A program made the translations under genes and the position numbers. The notes beneath the pieces are model-generated. The model searched no databases. It saw nothing but the letters and a program-made list of their open reading frames with translations, and was not told the DNA's origin. Positions 12,257-22,413 of a stretch of DNA of 64,000 nt are shown here, piece after piece. Every line of letters begins with the position of its first letter. Positions within the stretch are counted from its first letter, which is position 1. Source of the DNA: an uncultured Candidatus Binatia bacterium (GTDB taxonomy: Bacteria > Desulfobacterota > Binatia > UBA9968 > JAJDTQ01); assembly GCA_965213675.1 (NCBI GenBank), contig OZ243916.1, positions 2,208,001-2,272,000 of the forward strand, in the 5' to 3' direction.

Positions 12257-12350
12257 TTCGTGGTCGGGTTTTCGGGTCGGGTGCAGGCTCGGACACACCC
12301 TTTCCGTGGAGTTTGCGCGGAACTGGACTGTGTCGGGGACGCCGGTCGGG

Positions 12351-14189
12351 TCAGTTGCCGGCGGGAACGAACGTCGGGGGCTGGTCGAGACCGCTGTCTC
12401 CCATGTATTCGTTGACGATGGCGTCGATCTCGGCGCCGTCCAGCACTTCCTTCTCCAGCAACTCCTTGGCGACGCGGTGCAGCAGATCCAGATGCGTGGT
12501 CAGGAGATGCTTCGCCCGGCAGTAACATTCCTGGATGATGCGCCGGATCTCCATGTCGATCTCCACGGCGGTACTCTCGGAGTAGTCCTGCTGCTGGGTG
12601 AAGTCGCGCCCGAGAAAGATCTGCTCTTCCTTTTTGCCGAAGGTCATGGGTCCGAGCTTCTCGCTCATGCCCCACTCGCACACCATGCGGTGCGCCAGCT
12701 CGGTGGCGCGCTCGATGTCGTTACCGGCGCCGGTGGTCATGTGATCGAGGATCAGTTCCTCGGCCACGCGTCCGCCGAAGAGGATGGTCATGCTGCTGAG
12801 CAGGTGGTCCTTGTCCTGGCTGTGGCGCTCGTCCACGGGAAGCTGTTGGGTGAGGCCCAGGGCCATGCCCCGGGGGATGATGGTCACCTTGTGCACCGGG
12901 TCGGCGCCCGGCAGCAGCTTCGCCACCAGCGCGTGGCCGGACTCGTGATAGGCGGTGTTGCGCTTCTCCTCGTCGCTGATGATCATGCTCCTGCGCTCGG
13001 TCCCCATCATGACCTTGTCCTTGGCCAGTTCAAAGTCACTCATGTTGACCTTTTCCTTGTCGTGCCGCGCCGCCAGTAGCGCCGCCTCGTTGACAAGGTT
13101 CTCCAGGTCCGCGCCGGCGAAGCCGGGCGTCCCGCGCGCGAGCACGCGGATGTCCACGTCGGTTTCCAGCGGCACCCGGCGCGCATGCACCGCCAGAATG
13201 CCCTCGCGTCCCTTGATGTCCGGCGGCGGCACCACCACCCGCCGGTCGAACCGGCCGGGCCGCAGCAACGCGGGATCGAGCACGTCCGGGCGGTTGGTGG
13301 CGGCGATGAGGATCACGCCGTCGTTGGCCTCGAAGCCGTCCATCTCCACCAGCAACTGGTTGAGGGTCTGCTCGCGCTCGTCGTGCCCACCGCCGAGACC
13401 GGCGCCGCGCTGGCGTCCGACGGCGTCGATCTCGTCCACGAAGACGATGCACGGCGCCTGCTTCTTGGCCTGGACGAACAGGTCGCGCACCCGCGACGCG
13501 CCCACGCCGACGAACATCTCGACGAAATCCGATCCGCTGATGCTGAAGAAGGGCACACCCGCCTCACCGGCGATGGCCCGCGCCAGGAGCGTCTTGCCCG
13601 TGCCCGGCGGCCCCACCAGCAGACAGCCCTTGGGGATGCGCCCCCCCAGGCGCGTGAACTTCTTCGGGTCCTTGAGAAAGGCGATGACTTCCTGCAACTC
13701 GTCCTTGGCCTCGTCCACCCCGGCCACGTCACTGAAAGTCACCCGCGCCTGGTTCTCGTTCAAGAGGCGCGCGCGGCTCTTGCCGAAGGACATGGCCTTG
13801 CCGCCGCCCACCTGCATCTGCCGCATGAAGAAGATCCATACGCCGATGAGCAGGAGCATGGGGAACCAGTTCAACAGCAGCACCAGGTACCAGGGAGAAT
13901 CGTCCTCGGGCTTGGCGGCGATGCGGACATGCTTCTCCCGCAGCGTCTTCACCAACTCCGGGTCGTCGGGCGAAAACGTGCGGAAACGGTCTCCGTTCTT
14001 CAGCTTTCCCTGGACGTGCTGACCCTGAATGACGACTTCCTCGACATCGTCGCTTTGCACGGCGGACCAGAATTCACTGAACACCATCTCGGGATCGCGC
14101 CCCTGCTGCCGCGTGAAAACGTTGAAGAGCAGCAGGAACATCAGCCCGAGCACGAGCCAAAGAGCAAGGTTTTTCGTCGCTTGGTTCAA
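12351..14189 (-). CDS. ftsH: ATP-dependent zinc metalloprotease FtsH
   Basis: Two TM helices, [16 protein letters not shown] region, HESGH zinc motif. Confidence 0.97.
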   Translation of the reverse strand: MNQATKNLALWLVLGLMFLLLFNVFTRQQGRDPEMVFSEFWSAVQSDDVEEVVIQGQHVQGKLKNGDRFRTFSPDDPELVKTLREKHVRIAAKPEDDSPWYLVLLLNWFPMLLLIGVWIFFMRQMQVGGGKAMSFGKSRARLLNENQARVTFSDVAGVDEAKDELQEVIAFLKDPKKFTRLGGRIPKGCLLVGPPGTGKTLLARAIAGEAGVPFFSISGSDFVEMFVGVGASRVRDLFVQAKKQAPCIVFVDEIDAVGRQRGAGLGGGHDEREQTLNQLLVEMDGFEANDGVILIAATNRPDVLDPALLRPGRFDRRVVVPPPDIKGREGILAVHARRVPLETDVDIRVLARGTPGFAGADLENLVNEAALLAARHDKEKVNMSDFELAKDKVMMGTERRSMIISDEEKRNTAYHESGHALVAKLLPGADPVHKVTIIPRGMALGLTQQLPVDERHSQDKDHLLSSMTILFGGRVAEELILDHMTTGAGNDIERATELAHRMVCEWGMSEKLGPMTFGKKEEQIFLGRDFTQQQDYSESTAVEIDMEIRRIIQECYCRAKHLLTTHLDLLHRVAKELLEKEVLDGAEIDAIVNEYMGDSGLDQPPTFVPAGN

Positions 14190-14271
14190 AGAGGGTTTCT
14201 CCAGCCAATCGCGCCCTGATGCGGCCTGTTCTCAGCGCAGAAATCAGAGTTAACATACAGGTACGGCTTCT

Positions 14272-15810
14272 TCAACAAGAACGCGGAGCGGCCCGGTCTC
14301 CCGCAGGCAACGGGAGGACCTTGATGCGCCACGCCGCGCGGCTGTCGGGCTCCAGCCTGGCGAAGTCGCCGCGCGCGCATCCGGGAATCCACACGATCTC
14401 CTCCCCGGCCAGCAACAACGGCAAGGTACGGCGATGGGAACGTGGCAGCTTCTTTTCGATGAACAGGTCCTTGAGCTTCTTGCGGCCCACCATGCCCAGG
14501 GGCCGGAAGCGGTCGCCGGGGCGGAAGTTGCGCACCCGGAGCGTGCCCGGGATCCGTTCCACGACGCGGAGGTCGAAGGCGGCCTCGAAGGGGCTTTCCG
14601 GGAGCTCCACGCTGTCCGAGCGCCATGTGGTGACCTTCACACCGGCCTGGGGCAGGAGGAGTTCGCCCTCGAGGGACAGGGGATGTGAGACATCTTCGCG
14701 TTCGCGCCTCTTGACCAGGCGTGTGTCCGCAACGCGGGAGACCAGCCGGACCCATTCGTACTCCCGCACCACGGTCCAGCCGCCAGGGAGGGAGACGCGG
14801 GCGTGGGGACGGGTACCGGCGATGAGGTTCAGGACGGCTTCGACATGCGCGTGGCCGGTACGCCGAAGCGTCCCCAGGACGCGGCCGAGCCAGAACCGCA
14901 CCAGCCGCGGGCGCAGCTCGGGCTCGATCCCGAGGAACGCGGCCCGGTCCAGCACATCCTCGCGGCTGACCCGCGGGTAGGCATTGGCGACCCACCGCTC
15001 CAGCAGGACGTTGTCGGAACGCAGCAGCCCGCCCAAGCGGGCAAGGCGGTCCTCGAGCCCACCTCCCGCCCGCGCCCGCAACTCCGGCAGCAGGCTCCCG
15101 CGGATCCAGTTCCGCAGGAAGCGGGGGTCGCGGTTGGTGGGGTCCTCCCGGTACGCGAGCTTCCGGCGCGCCAGATAGGCCAGAATCTCGTTGCGGGGAA
15201 CCTCCAGCAAGGGACGGATCAGCCACGGACCCCTTGCGCCGGCCGCGTCCCGATCCAGCGGCCGCGCCGCGGGCATGCCCGCAAGCCCTTCGGGTCCGCA
15301 GCCCCGGAGCAGCCACATCAGCATGGTCTCCACCTGATCGCCGCGGTTGTGTCCCACAGCGACCTTGCCGAGGCGGCGCTCCGCCGCCACCCGCGCGAAG
15401 AAGCGGTAGCGTTGCGCGCGCGCGCGGGCCTCCAGGTTTCCTGCGCGTCCCTGTCCCGCTCGGGCTTCCCGGTCTCCGGCGCGCGCTTCAGGGGCATCGG
15501 CGGCACCCGGGTTGTCCGCTTCGGGGTATTCGGCGCCCGGCAAGTCCAGGTGAGTGAGATGAAACGGCAGCGACAGGCCCTCCGCCATGCGCCGGACGAA
15601 CACCGCGTCCTGCCGGCTCTCGGCCCCGCGAATACCGTGCTCCACGTGGGCGACTTCCAGGGAGAGTGCAAGGGCCGGGGCCAGTTCCGTCAGAACGTGG
15701 AGCAGCGCCACGGAGTCCGGTCCGCCGGAAACGCCCACGAGCACCGCGTCGCCAGGGGCCAGGATGTCCTCCCTGAGCAAGGTCTGCATGAGTTTCTGGT
15801 CATGTTCCAT
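14272..15810 (-). CDS. tilS: tRNA(Ile)-lysidine synthase
   Basis: SGGPDS PP-loop, LEARAR...RY, HNRGDQVET, IRPLL, RNWIR, C-terminal KKLKDLF; upstream of ftsH. Confidence 0.92.
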   Translation of the reverse strand: MEHDQKLMQTLLREDILAPGDAVLVGVSGGPDSVALLHVLTELAPALALSLEVAHVEHGIRGAESRQDAVFVRRMAEGLSLPFHLTHLDLPGAEYPEADNPGAADAPEARAGDREARAGQGRAGNLEARARAQRYRFFARVAAERRLGKVAVGHNRGDQVETMLMWLLRGCGPEGLAGMPAARPLDRDAAGARGPWLIRPLLEVPRNEILAYLARRKLAYREDPTNRDPRFLRNWIRGSLLPELRARAGGGLEDRLARLGGLLRSDNVLLERWVANAYPRVSREDVLDRAAFLGIEPELRPRLVRFWLGRVLGTLRRTGHAHVEAVLNLIAGTRPHARVSLPGGWTVVREYEWVRLVSRVADTRLVKRREREDVSHPLSLEGELLLPQAGVKVTTWRSDSVELPESPFEAAFDLRVVERIPGTLRVRNFRPGDRFRPLGMVGRKKLKDLFIEKKLPRSHRRTLPLLLAGEEIVWIPGCARGDFARLEPDSRAAWRIKVLPLPAGDRAAPRSC

Positions 15811-15841
15811 TCAGGCGAGGCGGACGCAGGACAGTGTTGTG

Positions 15842-15870
15842 TTGATGGCAGGGTAAGCGGTTGTTATAGC
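15842..15870 (+). promoter_or_regulatory. Putative sigma70 promoter for the aminotransferase
   Basis: TTGATG-N17-TATAGC with TG extension, in the divergent intergenic region. Confidence 0.35.
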
Positions 15871-15959
15871 GTACCGTGACCGGCCGCTTGGCAGAATACA
15901 CCGCACCCGGCATTGCTCACAACCGAGCCGTCTCCCGAACAACCCACAGGAGCATGCGC

Positions 15960-17132
15960 ATGGCCTCACCGCTCAATCCGCCCCGGAGAATCCTTCTCGG
16001 ACCCGGCCCCAGCAACCCGCATCCCAGCGTGCTGGAGGCGCTGTCGGCTCCGGTCGTGGGCCACCTGGATCCGGAGTTCTTCAAGATCATGGAAGAGAAC
16101 AAGGCCATGCTGCGCTGGTTGTTCCACACCGGGAACGAACTGACCTTTCCGGTGTCGGGCACCGGCAGCGCGGGCATGGAGGCGTGCCTCGCGAACCTCG
16201 TTGAGGAAGGCGACACGGTGCTGGTGTGCGTGAACGGCGTCTTCGGCACGCGCATGGCCGACATCGTGGAGCGCCTCGGCGGGAACCTCGTCAAGGTCGA
16301 GGCAACCTGGGGCGAGATCATCCAGCCGGAACAGGTGGAACTGGCCCTGAAGGAGCACAAGGTCGATATCGTTACCTTGGTGCACGCCGAGACATCCACC
16401 GGCGTGTGGCAGCCGGTGGAAGAGATCTCGCGACTCGCCCATGACGCCGGCGCCCTGCTGGTGCTGGACACGGTGACCTCGCTGGGGGGTTGCCCGGTGA
16501 CCCTGGACGCCTGGAACGTGGACGCCGCCTACAGCGGCACGCAGAAGTGCCTGAGCTGCCCGCCCGGCCTGTCGCCGGTATCATTTGGTCCGGCGGCGCG
16601 GGACAAGCTGGCGCGGCGCAAGGGCAAGGTCAAGAGCTGGTACCTGGACTTCACCATGATCCAGCGGTACTGGGGCGAAGAGCGGGTCTATCACCACACC
16701 GCTCCCATCTCCATGAACTACGGCCTTCACGCCGCCCTGAGCGAGATCGAGCGCGAAGGCCTGGAAGCCCGTTTCGCCCGCCACCAACAGAACCACCGCG
16801 CCCTGGTCGCCGGCCTGGAGGTCCTCGGCATCCCCCTGGCCTCCCAGGAAGGCCACCGCCTGTGGATGCTCAACAGCGTCAAGATTCCCGAGGGCGTCAA
16901 CGACGGCGCCATCCGCAAGCGCCTGCTGCTGGATTTCAACATCGAGATCGGCGGCGGACTCGGCGCCCTGGCCGGCAAGACCTGGCGCATCGGACTCATG
17001 GGCGAGTCGAGCAAGAAGGAGAACGTGACGGCCCTGGTCGAAGCACTGGGGCGGATCCTCCGGGAAGAGGGCGCGGATGTGAGGCTGGAGGATGCAATGG
17101 AGGCCATCGAGAAGGTGTACGGCGGCGGGTAA
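15960..17132 (+). CDS. Class V PLP aminotransferase (alanine-glyoxylate/serine-pyruvate family)
   Basis: GPGPSN, HAETSTG, DTVTSLGG, SGTQKCL (PLP lysine), YHHT, WRIGLMG. Confidence 0.9.
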   Translation: MASPLNPPRRILLGPGPSNPHPSVLEALSAPVVGHLDPEFFKIMEENKAMLRWLFHTGNELTFPVSGTGSAGMEACLANLVEEGDTVLVCVNGVFGTRMADIVERLGGNLVKVEATWGEIIQPEQVELALKEHKVDIVTLVHAETSTGVWQPVEEISRLAHDAGALLVLDTVTSLGGCPVTLDAWNVDAAYSGTQKCLSCPPGLSPVSFGPAARDKLARRKGKVKSWYLDFTMIQRYWGEERVYHHTAPISMNYGLHAALSEIEREGLEARFARHQQNHRALVAGLEVLGIPLASQEGHRLWMLNSVKIPEGVNDGAIRKRLLLDFNIEIGGGLGALAGKTWRIGLMGESSKKENVTALVEALGRILREEGADVRLEDAMEAIEKVYGGG

Positions 17133-17390
17133 GGACCCCGTTCTCGCCGCAACTGGACGCCGCGCGGAGCGACGGTCCTCTGCCAACAAAGTCCAGTAGC
17201 CTCGGGTTTCCCGGCCAAGCACGATACGACCGCCACTACGAAGCCACCAAGCCAACGGTGGTGGCTGGCAGACACTTAGAGTCCTTCCTGTCATACGTGG
17301 ACTAGCGGCGCTCAACGTGCAATTCTTTACCCAGATCATGGGCGCCGGCAACGCGGCGCAGTGACGCGCAATGAACGGACGGGGGACGAA

Positions 17391-18728
17391 ATGAACCGTG
17401 GGGCGGACCGAAGCCGTTTCCGCCACTTGGTGGATGACCGGGTGGATGAGGGGGTGTTTCGCCTCGACCGCTCGATCTACGCCGACCCCGCGGTCTTCGA
17501 GGCGGAGATGGAGCGCATCTTCGCGGGCGGCTGGGTCTACCTTTGCCACGAGAGCCAGGTGGAAACGCCGGGCGCCTATTGGGCGACGGAAATCGGCCGT
17601 CAGCCGGTTTTCGTGATGCGCCAGTCGGATGGGTCCCTCGCCTGTTTCATCAATGCCTGTTCTCATCGGGGTGCGGTGCTGACGCCGCTCAACCGGGGGA
17701 CCGCCAATGTGCTCACCTGCCGCTTCCACGGCTGGGTGTATGACCGCGGCGGTCGTTGCGTCCGCATCAAGAACGAGGAGGCGGGCTACCCCGCCGCGGA
17801 TCGTTCGGATGGCCGCTTCGATCTGCGGCGAATCGGCGCTCTGGAATCCTACAAGGGGTTCGTATTCGGCAGCCTGAGAAGCGATGTGCCCGCGCTTCAG
17901 GATCATCTGGCGGCCGCGGCCCGCTGGATCGATCTGCTGGCCGATCAGGCGCAGAACGGGTTGGAGGTGGTGCCCGGCTGCTCCACCTACGTTGTCCACG
18001 GCAACTGGAAACTCCAGTCCGAGAACAGCGTCGACGGCTACCATGTGACGACCCTGCACAGCGTGTTCGCTGCCACCGTGGCCCAGCGCGAAGCCCGTGA
18101 CGCCACCGCCGGCCTGCGCCGCACCGAGTCCGGGCGCATCCAGGGGAAGGTGCCCAGCGGCACCTACGACCTGGGCAACGGACACATGGGGCTGTGGGCG
18201 CTGCACACCACGCCGCAGGTCCGCCCGATCTACGAGGCGCGGGCGTGGCTCGAGGAGAACCTGAAGCCGGCAGAGGTTGACTGGATCCTGAACCGCGGCC
18301 GCAACCTTTACCTCTTTCCCAACGTGATGCTGATGGACAATCCGTCCACGCAGATCCGCGTTGTGAAGCCGGTTTCCCCCAGCCTGACCGAGGTCACCGT
18401 CTATTGCATCGCCCCCAAGGGAGAGAGCCGGACGGCGCGGGCCGCGCGCCTGCGGAAGTTCGAAGACTTCTACCTGACCGCCGGGATGGCGACGTCGGAC
18501 GACGCCGCCGCGCTCGAAGCCATTCAGGACGCCTCTTGCGGACCGCGCAGCCAGTGGAACGATATGACCCGGGGCCTGTCCGACCTGGTCGCCGGCCCCG
18601 ACCCGGACGCCCGCAAGCTGGGTTTCGAGCCCGCGGCATCCTGCCCCGACTGGGAGCACGAGGGCATGCTGCACGGGTTCTACCGCGCGTGGCTGGAGCG
18701 GTTGGAGAACGTGTACGCCGCACCCTGA
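17391..18728 (+). CDS. Rieske ring-hydroxylating dioxygenase alpha subunit (benzoate/anthranilate-like)
   Basis: CSHRG...CRFHGW Rieske motif; ENSVDGYHVTTLH and TSDD mononuclear Fe ligands; GNGH; FPN. Confidence 0.9.
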   Translation: MNRGADRSRFRHLVDDRVDEGVFRLDRSIYADPAVFEAEMERIFAGGWVYLCHESQVETPGAYWATEIGRQPVFVMRQSDGSLACFINACSHRGAVLTPLNRGTANVLTCRFHGWVYDRGGRCVRIKNEEAGYPAADRSDGRFDLRRIGALESYKGFVFGSLRSDVPALQDHLAAAARWIDLLADQAQNGLEVVPGCSTYVVHGNWKLQSENSVDGYHVTTLHSVFAATVAQREARDATAGLRRTESGRIQGKVPSGTYDLGNGHMGLWALHTTPQVRPIYEARAWLEENLKPAEVDWILNRGRNLYLFPNVMLMDNPSTQIRVVKPVSPSLTEVTVYCIAPKGESRTARAARLRKFEDFYLTAGMATSDDAAALEAIQDASCGPRSQWNDMTRGLSDLVAGPDPDARKLGFEPAASCPDWEHEGMLHGFYRAWLERLENVYAAP

Positions 18729-18783
18729 GGCCGGCGGCCGGAATGCCCCGCGAATCAACCGGACAGGACAGCCAGGACAGCCA

Positions 18784-19290
18784 ATGAGCACCAACGGCAT
18801 CGACGCGGGGCTGGAGCGCGAGGTAGCGGCGCTGATCAGCCGTGAGGCCATGCTGCTGGACCGGCGCCGCTGGCAGGAGTGGCTGGACCTCTACACCGAG
18901 GATGCCGTTTACTGGGCGCCGGCCTGGGCCAGCGAGGAGGAGATCAACACCGATCCCGAGATCCAACTCAACTTGATCTACCTCAAGAACCGCGGCCGGC
19001 TCGAAGATCGGGTATTCCGCATCGAGTCACGCCAGTCCTGGGCTTCCCTTCCCCTGGACCGCACCGTGCACGTCATCGGCAACGTGCTGGTGGAGCGCGT
19101 CGCCGGTGACGCGGTGGATGCCACCGCCAACTGCATCGTGCACGTCTACGGCAAGAAGGGCGCGGCCACCCGCGGCAGCCGCTACGACTTCGCATTCAAG
19201 CGCATCGACGGCGCGCTCAAGATTACCCGCAAGAAGATCGTCTTCATCGACGACCGGCTCGAAGGGCCGGTGGACATCTATCACCTGTAG
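18784..19290 (+). CDS. Ring-hydroxylating dioxygenase beta subunit
   Basis: EAMLLD..W..WL.LY..DAVYWAP, LEDRVFRI, RTVH; directly follows the alpha subunit. Confidence 0.9.
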   Translation: MSTNGIDAGLEREVAALISREAMLLDRRRWQEWLDLYTEDAVYWAPAWASEEEINTDPEIQLNLIYLKNRGRLEDRVFRIESRQSWASLPLDRTVHVIGNVLVERVAGDAVDATANCIVHVYGKKGAATRGSRYDFAFKRIDGALKITRKKIVFIDDRLEGPVDIYHL

Positions 19291-19296
19291 AGAGCG

Positions 19297-20334
19297 TTGC
19301 TGAGCCTCCAAAAGATCGCTCCCGAGATGGGCGGCATCGCGTTGCGCGGGATGGAACCGCGCGACCCCGGTTCCGGCGAAATATTGATCCGGGTGGGCGC
19401 TGCCGGGATCTGCGGCACAGACATGCAGATCTACAATTGGGCGCCGCGCATGGCGCGCCGGATGGCGCTGCCGCGGGTGCTGGGCCACGAGGTCTCGGGC
19501 ACGGTGGAAGCCATCGGACCTGGCGTCGAGAGCGTCGCGGCCGGCGAACGGGTAAGCCTCGAAAGCCATATCTTCTGCGGTCGCTGCCGGCCGTGCCGGC
19601 TCGGACGCGCCCATCTTTGCGAACACACCCGCTACCCCGGCATCGACATCGACGGCGCTTTCGCCGAAACCCTCACGGTCCCCGCCGCCATCGCGTGGGT
19701 GAACCCACCCGACCTGCCGCACGAGACCGCGGCCATGCTGGAGCCCTTCGGCATCGCCGTCCATGCCTGCCTCGCGGGCGCCGGGGTTTCAGGGTTGTCC
19801 GTGCTGGTGAACGGCTGCGGCCCCATCGGACTCATGGCGGTGGCCGCGGCGCGCGCCCTGGGCGCCGCGCGCGTCATCGCCTGCGACCTCAACCCGCTAC
19901 GACTCCAGGCGGCCGGGACCATGGGCGCGGACCGCGCGGTGAACGCCGGCAACGAGGACCTGGCCCGCGTGGTGCGGGACCTCACCGGCGGGGCGGGCGC
20001 CGACGTCGGGATGGAACTCTCCGGCGCCGAGGCCGGCTTCAACGCCGTCTTCGCCGCCCTCGCCAAGGGCGGCGACTTCCGGCTGGTGGGCGCGCCGCCG
20101 TCTGCCATCCCCGTGGACTTCACCTACTGGCTGCTCAAATGCCCGGTGATGCACAACATCCACGGCCGCCTCATCTGGCAGACATGGCAGCGCGCCACCG
20201 AACTGCTGGCCACCGGCGCCGTGGACCTCGCCCCGGTACGCAGCCACGTCCTGCCGCTGTCCGAAGCGCTCCGCGGTTTCGAACTCATCCGCGACGGCGA
20301 GGCGCTCAAGCCACTGCTCGTGCCGGATCGCTAG
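19297..20334 (+). CDS. Zn-dependent MDR dehydrogenase (threonine dehydrogenase-like)
   Basis: GICGTD, GHEVSG, CGRCRPC...C, GCGPIG; TTG start. Confidence 0.85.
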   Translation: MLSLQKIAPEMGGIALRGMEPRDPGSGEILIRVGAAGICGTDMQIYNWAPRMARRMALPRVLGHEVSGTVEAIGPGVESVAAGERVSLESHIFCGRCRPCRLGRAHLCEHTRYPGIDIDGAFAETLTVPAAIAWVNPPDLPHETAAMLEPFGIAVHACLAGAGVSGLSVLVNGCGPIGLMAVAAARALGAARVIACDLNPLRLQAAGTMGADRAVNAGNEDLARVVRDLTGGAGADVGMELSGAEAGFNAVFAALAKGGDFRLVGAPPSAIPVDFTYWLLKCPVMHNIHGRLIWQTWQRATELLATGAVDLAPVRSHVLPLSEALRGFELIRDGEALKPLLVPDR

Positions 20335-20404
20335 TGTCGTGTCCCGTAGATTCCTGCGATACGTTGCGCAGGATTTTCCAGGAGCCTGCGGCGCAGGCTC
20401 CTGG
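20331..20404. terminator. Double hairpin between convergent genes, starting with a MITE-like end
   Basis: CTAGTGTCGTGTC end; TCCTGCG..CGCAGGA and CCAGGAGCCTGC-GGC-GCAGGCTCCTGG hairpins. Confidence 0.5.
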
Positions 20405-20419
20405 CGGCGTTCGCCCGCC

Positions 20420-21541
20420 TCACTGCCACGTCTTCAATTCCGGATAAACCTCCGTGGCGAACAGCTCCATGCTCCGCTTGGTTTCGTCGTGGGTGAGGAA
20501 ACCCGCCTGATTCATCATGAGCAGGTGGCCGACGCCGCAGCGTTCGTGGAGGTACTTGAGCTTCTCGAGGACCTTTTTGGGGGTGCCGGCGATGATCACG
20601 CCCTGATCGAGGAGATCCTCGTAGGTGCGGTTGTAGCGGGCGTTGCCCTTGGGGTCGAAGAAGCGGGTGAGGCCTTGGGGCGGGACGAAGCCGGGCGGGG
20701 CGAAGAAGCCCACGGGGCGGCGCTTGTTGAGGTACCAGAGGAGCTTGCGGCCGCCCTCCTCGGCCTGCTTGTCGGTCTCGCCGGTGAAGGTCAGGGCGCA
20801 GTAGGCGAACTTGTCGCTGCCCGGTTCGGGGTAGTTCATCTCCTCGCAGCGCTTGCGGTAAGCGCCGAACAGGGCTTCGGTCTGTTCGTAGGAGGTGAGG
20901 ACGGTGGCCAGGGTGTAGTGATGGTCGGCCACCCACGGCACGGCGGCCGGCTGGCTGCCGGTGATCCAGATGGGCGGATGGGGCTGCTGGAAGGGGCGCG
21001 GCCACGGGTTCACGTAGCGGTAGTGGTAGTGCTTGCCCTCCCAGTTGAACACATCCTGGGTCTTCCACGCCTTGATGATGAGGTCGTGGGCCTCCTGCAT
21101 GCGTTCCCGGGTGTCGGAGGGGTTGGTGTTGGCGGGATGAATTTCGGTTCCCACGCCCCGGACGAAGCCCGCGATGAGGCGCCCGCCGGAGATCACGTCG
21201 ATCATGGCGGCGTCCTCGGCCACCTGGATGGGGCTCCGGTGCGCCAGCGGAAAACCCAGCACCAGAATCCGTGCGCGTTTGGTGCGCCGAACCAGGGTGC
21301 CGGCGGTGATGGAGACATTGGCCGCCATGCACGTGGCGGTGGCGTGGTGCTCGTTGAGCATGATCTCCAGGCCCAACTCGTCGGCGTACTCGTATTCGTC
21401 GAGATAGCGGTTGTAGAGGTCGTGGGCGACCTGCGGGTCGCAGTAGCGGTTGGGCAGGGTCACGCGCATGGCCCCGTGCCGTTCTTCCACGTCTTCCGGC
21501 AGGAAGGGATAGGGCATTTCGGTGAAGTGGTAGGCCAGCAT
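20420..21541 (-). CDS. LLM-class (luciferase-like) flavin-dependent oxidoreductase
   Basis: NEHH, VAEDAAMIDVISGGR...GFVRG, PRPFQQPHPPIW, GTP; start at MLAYHFTE. Confidence 0.88.
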   Translation of the reverse strand: MLAYHFTEMPYPFLPEDVEERHGAMRVTLPNRYCDPQVAHDLYNRYLDEYEYADELGLEIMLNEHHATATCMAANVSITAGTLVRRTKRARILVLGFPLAHRSPIQVAEDAAMIDVISGGRLIAGFVRGVGTEIHPANTNPSDTRERMQEAHDLIIKAWKTQDVFNWEGKHYHYRYVNPWPRPFQQPHPPIWITGSQPAAVPWVADHHYTLATVLTSYEQTEALFGAYRKRCEEMNYPEPGSDKFAYCALTFTGETDKQAEEGGRKLLWYLNKRRPVGFFAPPGFVPPQGLTRFFDPKGNARYNRTYEDLLDQGVIIAGTPKKVLEKLKYLHERCGVGHLLMMNQAGFLTHDETKRSMELFATEVYPELKTWQ

Positions 21542-21618
21542 CGTCCTGGTCCTCCTGTACTGGAAATGGCGCCCCTCGACTTCGTTCCGCTGACGCTCCA
21601 CTACGTTCGGGAGCCAAC

Positions 21619-22413
21619 CTACTCTCGATCCAGGAACTCCGTGACCGCCCGGGCCAGGGCGTCGGGCTGCTCCCATTGCGGGTAATGGCCGGATGCCGGA
21701 ATCGTGGTGAAGCCGGCGCCCGGAATGGCCTGTTGCAGCGCGCGCCCGTAGTCGGGGGTCACCACCCGGTCGCTCGCGCCCCAGAACACGTGGACGGGCA
21801 CCCGTACCCGACCCAGCCGCCGCGGGAGTTTGGGGTTGTGCATGAAGGGACGCCACGCGAACTTCAGCACCGACTGGCGGTTGCGCAGCAGCGTGAGCAG
21901 TTCGTCGCCCTCCACGCCCTCCGTGCCCGGCCACCGGAGCGCCTTGGCGGCCTCCGGGTTGTGCCACGCCAACCCGGCCAGTTCTTCCGCGGTGTACACG
22001 TAGACATCCTGCACGTCGCGCACGGTGGGATCGGAAATCTTGATGCCCACCGAATCGATCAATGCCAGGCGCCGGATCTGCTGGTGCGAACGCACCGCCA
22101 TTTCAGCGGCGACCCAACCGCCGAAGCCGTGGCCGACGACGTCCACCGGCCCCGCATCCAGGCTTTCGAGCAGGTCGAGCCCGAGGAAGGCCAGATCTTC
22201 CATGGTGTCGAGCCAGTCGGGCAGCTCGGACCGGTTCACTCCGGGCAGCGACGGCGCCACGACCCGGCAACGTGAGGCCAGCGCGTCATCCAACGGGGGG
22301 ACTGGGGTTTCAAGCTGATCACCGTAAAGGATCACCACCGAGGCGCCGTCCCCACGACGGCGCGCGCCCAGCTTGACGCCGTCGACCTCCAGGGTCTCGG
22401 CAACCCATGTCAT
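21619..22413 (-). CDS. Alpha/beta-hydrolase-fold protein with GHGFGG elbow (no Ser)
   Basis: APSLPG, VVGHGFGGWVAAEMA, WGASDRV, SGHYPQWEQP. Confidence 0.8.
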   Translation of the reverse strand: MTWVAETLEVDGVKLGARRRGDGASVVILYGDQLETPVPPLDDALASRCRVVAPSLPGVNRSELPDWLDTMEDLAFLGLDLLESLDAGPVDVVGHGFGGWVAAEMAVRSHQQIRRLALIDSVGIKISDPTVRDVQDVYVYTAEELAGLAWHNPEAAKALRWPGTEGVEGDELLTLLRNRQSVLKFAWRPFMHNPKLPRRLGRVRVPVHVFWGASDRVVTPDYGRALQQAIPGAGFTTIPASGHYPQWEQPDALARAVTEFLDRE

